Assembly (NCBI GenBank): GCA_964441745.1 | Contig: CAYTYR010000012.1 | Span: 1-64,000 of the forward strand | DNA: 64,000 nucleotides | From: an uncultured Clostridia bacterium | GTDB taxonomy: Bacteria > CAYTYR01 > UBA6262 | Direction of reading: 5' to 3' | In this document: one piece after another, positions 59,166 through 64,000 of the stretch | Numbering within the stretch: the first letter of the stretch is position 1 | Layout: each line of letters starts with the position of its first letter | Notes under the pieces: model-generated | Told to the model about the DNA's origin: nothing | The model's input: only the letters and a program-made list of their open reading frames with translations | Database searches by the model: none | Position numbers and translations under genes: made by a program

Positions 59166-59429
59166 CTATTTCGACAAGGGGAGGACGGAAATCTGTCTGG
59201 CTCCGCCTTTAGTATACTTGAATTCCACTTTACCATCGATCAAGGCAAAAAGAGTATCATCTTTGCCAATACCCACGTTCAAGCCGGGATAAAACCTGGT
59301 GCCACGCTGCCTGACTAAAATATTGCCACCCTTGACTATTTGCCCGTCTCCTCTTTTTACGCCTAACCGCTTGCCGGACGAATCCCGGCCGTTTACGGCT
59401 GAACCGCCGCCACTCTTATTCCCTGACAT
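59166..59429 (-). CDS. rpmA: 50S ribosomal protein L27
   Basis: [25 protein letters not shown]. Confidence 0.95.
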   Translation of the reverse strand: MSGNKSGGGSAVNGRDSSGKRLGVKRGDGQIVKGGNILVRQRGTRFYPGLNVGIGKDDTLFALIDGKVEFKYTKGGARQISVLPLSK

Positions 59430-59453
59430 TTAATTCACCTCTAATTTTTTATT

Positions 59454-59494
59454 ATCTGTGCTGCGCCCGCCGACGCATTAGTGGCGGGTAATCA
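59454..59494. repeat. Family E unit with GC hairpin insert
   Basis: Identical to 20190-20230. Confidence 0.9.
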
Positions 59495-59497
59495 GTT

Positions 59498-59809
59498 TTA
59501 CAAAGATATTCCGGTTATTTTTAATCTCGTAAAATCCTGCCTGTGCCCTTTCATTAAGGCATAGGATTTCTTGGATTTGTACTTATAGACCACTACTTTT
59601 TTCTTCCGGTCGTCTAATACGACTTCCGCGTTTACCGTAGCTTTATCCAAAGAAGGTTTGCCAACGCTGATCTTGTCCCCGTCAGCTACCATTAATACTT
59701 TGGCCAGTTTGATTTTGTCGCCTGGTTTTTTTTGCATTCTGGGCACATCAACAATATCGCCTTCTTTGACGCGATACTGGAATCCAGCTTCTTCAATAAT
59801 TGCGTACAT
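59498..59809 (-). CDS. rplU: 50S ribosomal protein L21
   Basis: MYAII...QYRV.EGD, GHRQ. Confidence 0.95.
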   Translation of the reverse strand: MYAIIEEAGFQYRVKEGDIVDVPRMQKKPGDKIKLAKVLMVADGDKISVGKPSLDKATVNAEVVLDDRKKKVVVYKYKSKKSYALMKGHRQDFTRLKITGISL

Positions 59810-59828
59810 GTCTTGCTCCTCTCATTTT

Positions 59829-59885
59829 TAATCTGTGTAATCAGCTTTTTAATCTGTGTAATCAGCTTTTTAATCTGTGTAATCA
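59829..59885. repeat. Three-copy 21-bp tandem of family E unit taatctgtgtaatcagctttt
   Basis: Direct reading of the sequence. Confidence 0.9.
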
Positions 59886-59948
59886 TTTGCTATGCTAAGC
59901 ATAGCAAATAAATAAAAGCAATAAGAGAGCCTCTTATTGCTCTGTATA

Positions 59949-59977
59949 TATATATCCTATTTAACCGTTTTTGTCAA
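59949..59977 (-). promoter_or_regulatory. Candidate sigma70 promoter for rplU-rpmA (TTGACA-N17-TATATA)
   Basis: -35 at 59972-59977, -10 at 59949-59954. Confidence 0.6.
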
Positions 59978-59998
59978 TAACAAACTTCAACCAAAAAA

Positions 59999-62900
59999 TT
60001 ACCTTAAACGGGCCATTTTCTTCTTGATTACCTTTTCCTGGCCATTACCACGGATGATCAAACGATATATATATACTCCATTGGCTATATCTTCGCCATA
60101 TCTGTTCTTACCATTCCAGAAGGTTTCATTATAGCCAGCTTCCCTGGCTCCATCTCCTGTTTCATATATAAGCTCACCATTAAGATCATACACTTCTATT
60201 CGTACTTCATCGGCAGTACTGGGAAGGACATAAGTAAATTTAGTATCTTCTTTGAACGGATTAGGATAGTTAATAACTTTTTCAGCGTTAATCTCATCTG
60301 AAACCAGGAAAATTATCTCTTGGCTGACAGTTTTATTATTGGCCCGGTCATAAGCTTCTACTTTAGCAGAGTATGTGCCATTAGGTAACTCATTATCAGG
60401 ACAATAACTGCCCTTCCAATCAGGTGCGGCTATTTCCTGCACTAAGCAAGTTTTGGCTTCACTATTTAATATAACCTTTACCTGATTAACATCAATACCG
60501 CTGGTCTGGTCAAACAAACCAAATTTAAGCTCCGGCCTGGCGGAAACATAATCACCATTTATAAAGTTATCCTGTATTTTAACATTACTGATAGCCGGAG
60601 CAACTGTATCGATCAGGAACGACCAGCTAACCGCTGCCTGGTTGCCATTCAAATCCTTTACCTGTATTTCTGCAGTATGCCAGCCTTCGCTCCAGCCGCT
60701 CGCCAATTGCCCTTTTACTTTTTTAATATTACTTAGTACTGTATTAACCTTCTCCACTGATTTATCATAGGCAAAAGCATTAGCTTTACCGTCAATTTTC
60801 AAAGATACGCTGGTCAAATCGATCCCAACGCCGGTATCCTGAATGAGCGCGCTAATATCAGGATTGGGATTATTTAGGAATACCCCATTAGCCGGAGTAA
60901 TCTCGCTTATTACCGGCGGAGTAGTATCAACTGCTGTATTTTTATCAAAGGAAGCTGTATTCCCGGCTATATCCTGTACGGTAATAGTGAACTTAAGGAT
61001 ACCATTAACCAAAGTTTCTGTTGGTTGATACAGCAATTGCCCGGTAGCTGTTTCATAAGAGCAAGTGATTGGCTGATCATTGTATTTTACCTTTATGGTC
61101 TTAGGATCAATACCGCTAAATGAATCAGTCAAACTGAAAAGCAGGATTGGCTTATCGACAGCTATGCTGATCCCGTCTTCATTGACCAAGTTGGATATAG
61201 CCGGAGGTGTAAGATCGACCTTAAATGACCACTTTAATGCAGAAGTATTCCCGGCATTATCCTGGCATAGTACGATAAATTCGTGGTTCCCTTCCTGCCA
61301 GGTCACGGCATTGCTCAAAGTCACAGTCCCGTTATTGTCATAAGTGCAATCGATTGGATTACCATCGAGTTTGGCCTGTAATCCGGTTCCCGTTGTACCG
61401 CTAATACTATCTGTAATTCTGACAAAAGCAGCCTTCGCGCCATTATAGAAGCTATCCGGCAGCGGATAATATTGCTCTGCTACCGGCCCTTGTGTATCTA
61501 TACTGAATTTCCAATCTACAGTGATCTGTTCCCCTACTATATCTTTGCCCTTCAGCCTAACATTATGCAAGCCGTCTATCAGGCTATTGGGAATATAAAC
61601 CATCCGGCCGGAAAGTTCATCATAATGAGATGCCACTTTATTATTATCCAGATATAATTCGACAGTTTGTGGGTCTATTCCGCCGCCCACATCTGATAAT
61701 AAGCAGGAAATAACCGGTTTACTGACATTGGTAATAGTATTATCCGCCGGGGTTAGCGTGGTCACTTTCGGCGCTTCGTTATCTACGGTAAATTCCCATT
61801 TGAATTCAGTCTTATTTTCAACCACATCTTCGGCATAGACTGACACTGTATGCTTTCCCGGCGCCAGCATTTCAATCGGGGTATAATTTAATTGCCCGCG
61901 GAAATATTCTGAAGATGAGTAAATATGTTTGACTACCTGCCCATCCAGTTTCACAACTATGGTATCAGGATCGATACCAGTTCCCATATCTTCTACTGTG
62001 GCGCTGATTTCCGGCGTAAAATCTTTGGTAGCCGTATTTTGCTCAGGCTGTAATTTAATAATCTTAGGCGGATTCTGTTCTGCAAACACCGCAAATTTGC
62101 CTACCCTGGTCGGGACCGCTACCATGGCTTGCTTATCAGGATCGTAAAAACTGTCTTTCAAGACTTCCCACCGGCCAGGCTGTGTGACTGTGCCGTTGGC
62201 GTCTTTTTCTTCTTCAACAAACCCGTATACTTTCATTTTTGAAGTTACTATGGTGTACTTTTCATCAGGATCAAGGGTTTCTCCTCCGCCGCCATAACTC
62301 CGGTTCAACAAATTATCCAGCGCTGCCATATCAATACCCATTTCGAGGATAGGGGTACCGTTAAGAGTGACTTTGGACAGATCAAATCCCGGATCGTATC
62401 CCCCACCAGCAGTATTCCATATTTCCGGGGGCGGGCCTGTTCCCGTGTTTAAATTTATATTATAACTTTGTCCAACCATCACTATCCCAGGATGATACTT
62501 GCTCATATCTATGGTTACCGGCTGGACTGTCCCTTCGGAAACAACTGCCGGAACTTCTTCGTACTCATTGGTGACATAGTACAAATACCTGGGAGCTTCA
62601 ATAGTACTTGGAGCACCAGGCCCTTGCGGAATGACCGGCTGAACTCCAGCCGGAATGATAAGTTCAACTTTTTTATCGACACTGGTTACCTTGCCGCCTG
62701 TGGCCACTGGGATGTCCGCAACTGCTAAACCAGTCTTGGTCTCCACCACCTCACCGATGGTTAAATCCGGGCTAAACACAGTAATATTAACTTCCCCATT
62801 GTAATAAGAAAGCTGTTGAGGCAGGTAGGTAACATACTTAATTTCATTTTTCTGGGTGGTTGGATTATATACTTCCAAAGCATCAACGTTTACTGTCACC

Positions 62901-64000
62901 GGCGGCGGCATTACTCCTTCTGCATCAGGCGAAGCGCCAGGGAAATCAAGCACTAATTTGATAGTCTTGGGTGGAGTAAAATATGTTTTATTACTGGTGA
63001 AATTCTCCAGCATAATATAATCAGGATTAGGCACAGCTTTAAATTTGATCTCAGTTTTAATGGAATCAACAAAGATATCAGTATTGGCGGATAAACTGCT
63101 TTCGTTGCCAGCTGTGTCATAAGCTTTGGCAGCATAAAAATATTTGCCGTCAACGCCAGGAACATCCACTATGAATTTAGCATTTTCTGCCACATCATTA
63201 GATTGCGCTCCAATATTATTGGCTCTCGGATCCAGCGCAGTCATACCAGTAGTATTCAGGACTGGAGTTAAAGCTCTATAAACTTTATAAGAGCATCCGG
63301 TCTCTTGTTCCTCCCAATACACTTCCACTACTCCCAGTTTTAAGACCTTGGAACCTATGTTTTGCGGTGATGGCGGCGGAACCGTATCAACCACAAATTT
63401 GCCGCCCGTAGAAGCGTATGTAGCAGTAATTCTTTCGCCCAGGTAATGCTCCATATAACCGTCAGAGTATTCAGAGCTATGGTCATATTCATACCGCACG
63501 CCTTCTATTTCTGTAGATTCCACCCGTTGACGGTCAATCCCATGGAAATAGAAACTGCCTTCTCCATTGGCGCTATTTTCCTGTATCGTGATCTTTCCTT
63601 CCCAGGTATCACCGAAGCCGCTCATTTTGACCGGAATTACCAGCTGGTCATTAAGTTCATAGGATAATTCAGGTATATCGGAAAGAGGCCTGGAAGTTTT
63701 CAATAATATCCGGTAGTCTCCTGCTTTCAAAGCTTTGGTAACCAGTTTATTTTCCTCAAGATTTGGCACTTGCTTGTAAATTTCAGGAATTATAATAGTG
63801 GCAATTGCCCTGGTAGTATTGATAGTAAAAGTATGGCCATAAGCGATCTTATCGGAAGTATTATTGTTTTCATCCGTGCCCAGGTAGGAAAATTCCGCTA
63901 AACCATCACCAGTATCCTTGGTAATAGTCATTTTCCCCTGCCACAGACAGCCTGAGCCAGTTAATAACACTTCGATCGGCTCTTTACTTAGCGGTGTATA
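59999..64000 (-). CDS. Large secreted Ig-like repeat protein with FlgD-Ig/T9SS-like C-terminal domain (5' end outside the window)
   Basis: Repeated D..PP.I...D..SGID...G.H...D.AGN units; C-terminal VINYPNPF...WNGKN..G..IANGVYIY; frame open to 64000. Confidence 0.85.
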   Translation of the reverse strand, partial: YTPLSKEPIEVLLTGSGCLWQGKMTITKDTGDGLAEFSYLGTDENNNTSDKIAYGHTFTINTTRAIATIIIPEIYKQVPNLEENKLVTKALKAGDYRILLKTSRPLSDIPELSYELNDQLVIPVKMSGFGDTWEGKITIQENSANGEGSFYFHGIDRQRVESTEIEGVRYEYDHSSEYSDGYMEHYLGERITATYASTGGKFVVDTVPPPSPQNIGSKVLKLGVVEVYWEEQETGCSYKVYRALTPVLNTTGMTALDPRANNIGAQSNDVAENAKFIVDVPGVDGKYFYAAKAYDTAGNESSLSANTDIFVDSIKTEIKFKAVPNPDYIMLENFTSNKTYFTPPKTIKLVLDFPGASPDAEGVMPPPVTVNVDALEVYNPTTQKNEIKYVTYLPQQLSYYNGEVNITVFSPDLTIGEVVETKTGLAVADIPVATGGKVTSVDKKVELIIPAGVQPVIPQGPGAPSTIEAPRYLYYVTNEYEEVPAVVSEGTVQPVTIDMSKYHPGIVMVGQSYNINLNTGTGPPPEIWNTAGGGYDPGFDLSKVTLNGTPILEMGIDMAALDNLLNRSYGGGGETLDPDEKYTIVTSKMKVYGFVEEEKDANGTVTQPGRWEVLKDSFYDPDKQAMVAVPTRVGKFAVFAEQNPPKIIKLQPEQNTATKDFTPEISATVEDMGTGIDPDTIVVKLDGQVVKHIYSSSEYFRGQLNYTPIEMLAPGKHTVSVYAEDVVENKTEFKWEFTVDNEAPKVTTLTPADNTITNVSKPVISCLLSDVGGGIDPQTVELYLDNNKVASHYDELSGRMVYIPNSLIDGLHNVRLKGKDIVGEQITVDWKFSIDTQGPVAEQYYPLPDSFYNGAKAAFVRITDSISGTTGTGLQAKLDGNPIDCTYDNNGTVTLSNAVTWQEGNHEFIVLCQDNAGNTSALKWSFKVDLTPPAISNLVNEDGISIAVDKPILLFSLTDSFSGIDPKTIKVKYNDQPITCSYETATGQLLYQPTETLVNGILKFTITVQDIAGNTASFDKNTAVDTTPPVISEITPANGVFLNNPNPDISALIQDTGVGIDLTSVSLKIDGKANAFAYDKSVEKVNTVLSNIKKVKGQLASGWSEGWHTAEIQVKDLNGNQAAVSWSFLIDTVAPAISNVKIQDNFINGDYVSARPELKFGLFDQTSGIDVNQVKVILNSEAKTCLVQEIAAPDWKGSYCPDNELPNGTYSAKVEAYDRANNKTVSQEIIFLVSDEINAEKVINYPNPFKEDTKFTYVLPSTADEVRIEVYDLNGELIYETGDGAREAGYNETFWNGKNRYGEDIANGVYIYRLIIRGNGQEKVIKKKMARLR

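Noticed and set aside
59692-59886. ORF MITQIKKLITQIKKL...
   Set aside because: It is the translation of the 21-bp repeat and overlaps rplU out of frame
1-64000. tRNA, rRNA, integrase or transposase genes
   Set aside because: None recognised by eye; a tRNAscan/Infernal run would be needed to exclude small RNAs

Overview
A 64-kb bacterial window, probably from a scaffolded or metagenome assembly (100-N gap at 24977-25076). The organism is a diderm (it has LptD), but I cannot assign its lineage from sequence alone. Every credible gene (about 60) is on the minus strand. Content in transcription order: a large Ig-repeat secreted protein; rplU-rpmA-obgE-proB; a ComEC-like/ComEA-like cluster with a signal-peptide-bearing tandem SpoVG-like protein; larB-larC; tandem-domain ThyX; ferritin-like genes; suhB-polA-mutM-coaE; rho-rpmE-prfA-prmC-murA; a his operon; a trp operon with both TrpB1 and TrpB2; accD-folC; a sugar ABC ATPase, ROK kinase and lptD; and a nucleotide-sugar/polysaccharide cluster whose rfbB carries a full-length LAGLIDADG intein. 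The most striking signal is non-coding. More than 25 gene junctions carry palindromic elements whose arms are short-period (mostly 7-nt, also 9-nt-core) degenerate tandem repeats. One copy, between trpE and trpG, is 'filled' with a four-helix-bundle (23S-IVS/bAvd-like) gene between its arms. Its sibling copies are 'empty', and their short spacers resemble the fused flanks of the filled copy. Near-identical copies occur in both orientations, arms often supply the upstream gene's stop codon, stop-free variants sit in frame inside rfbD, folC, trpB, hisH and prmC, and a second class of GC hairpins is nested inside the arrays at fixed positions. I infer a repeat-armed gene-cassette/mobile system; this is not demonstrated.
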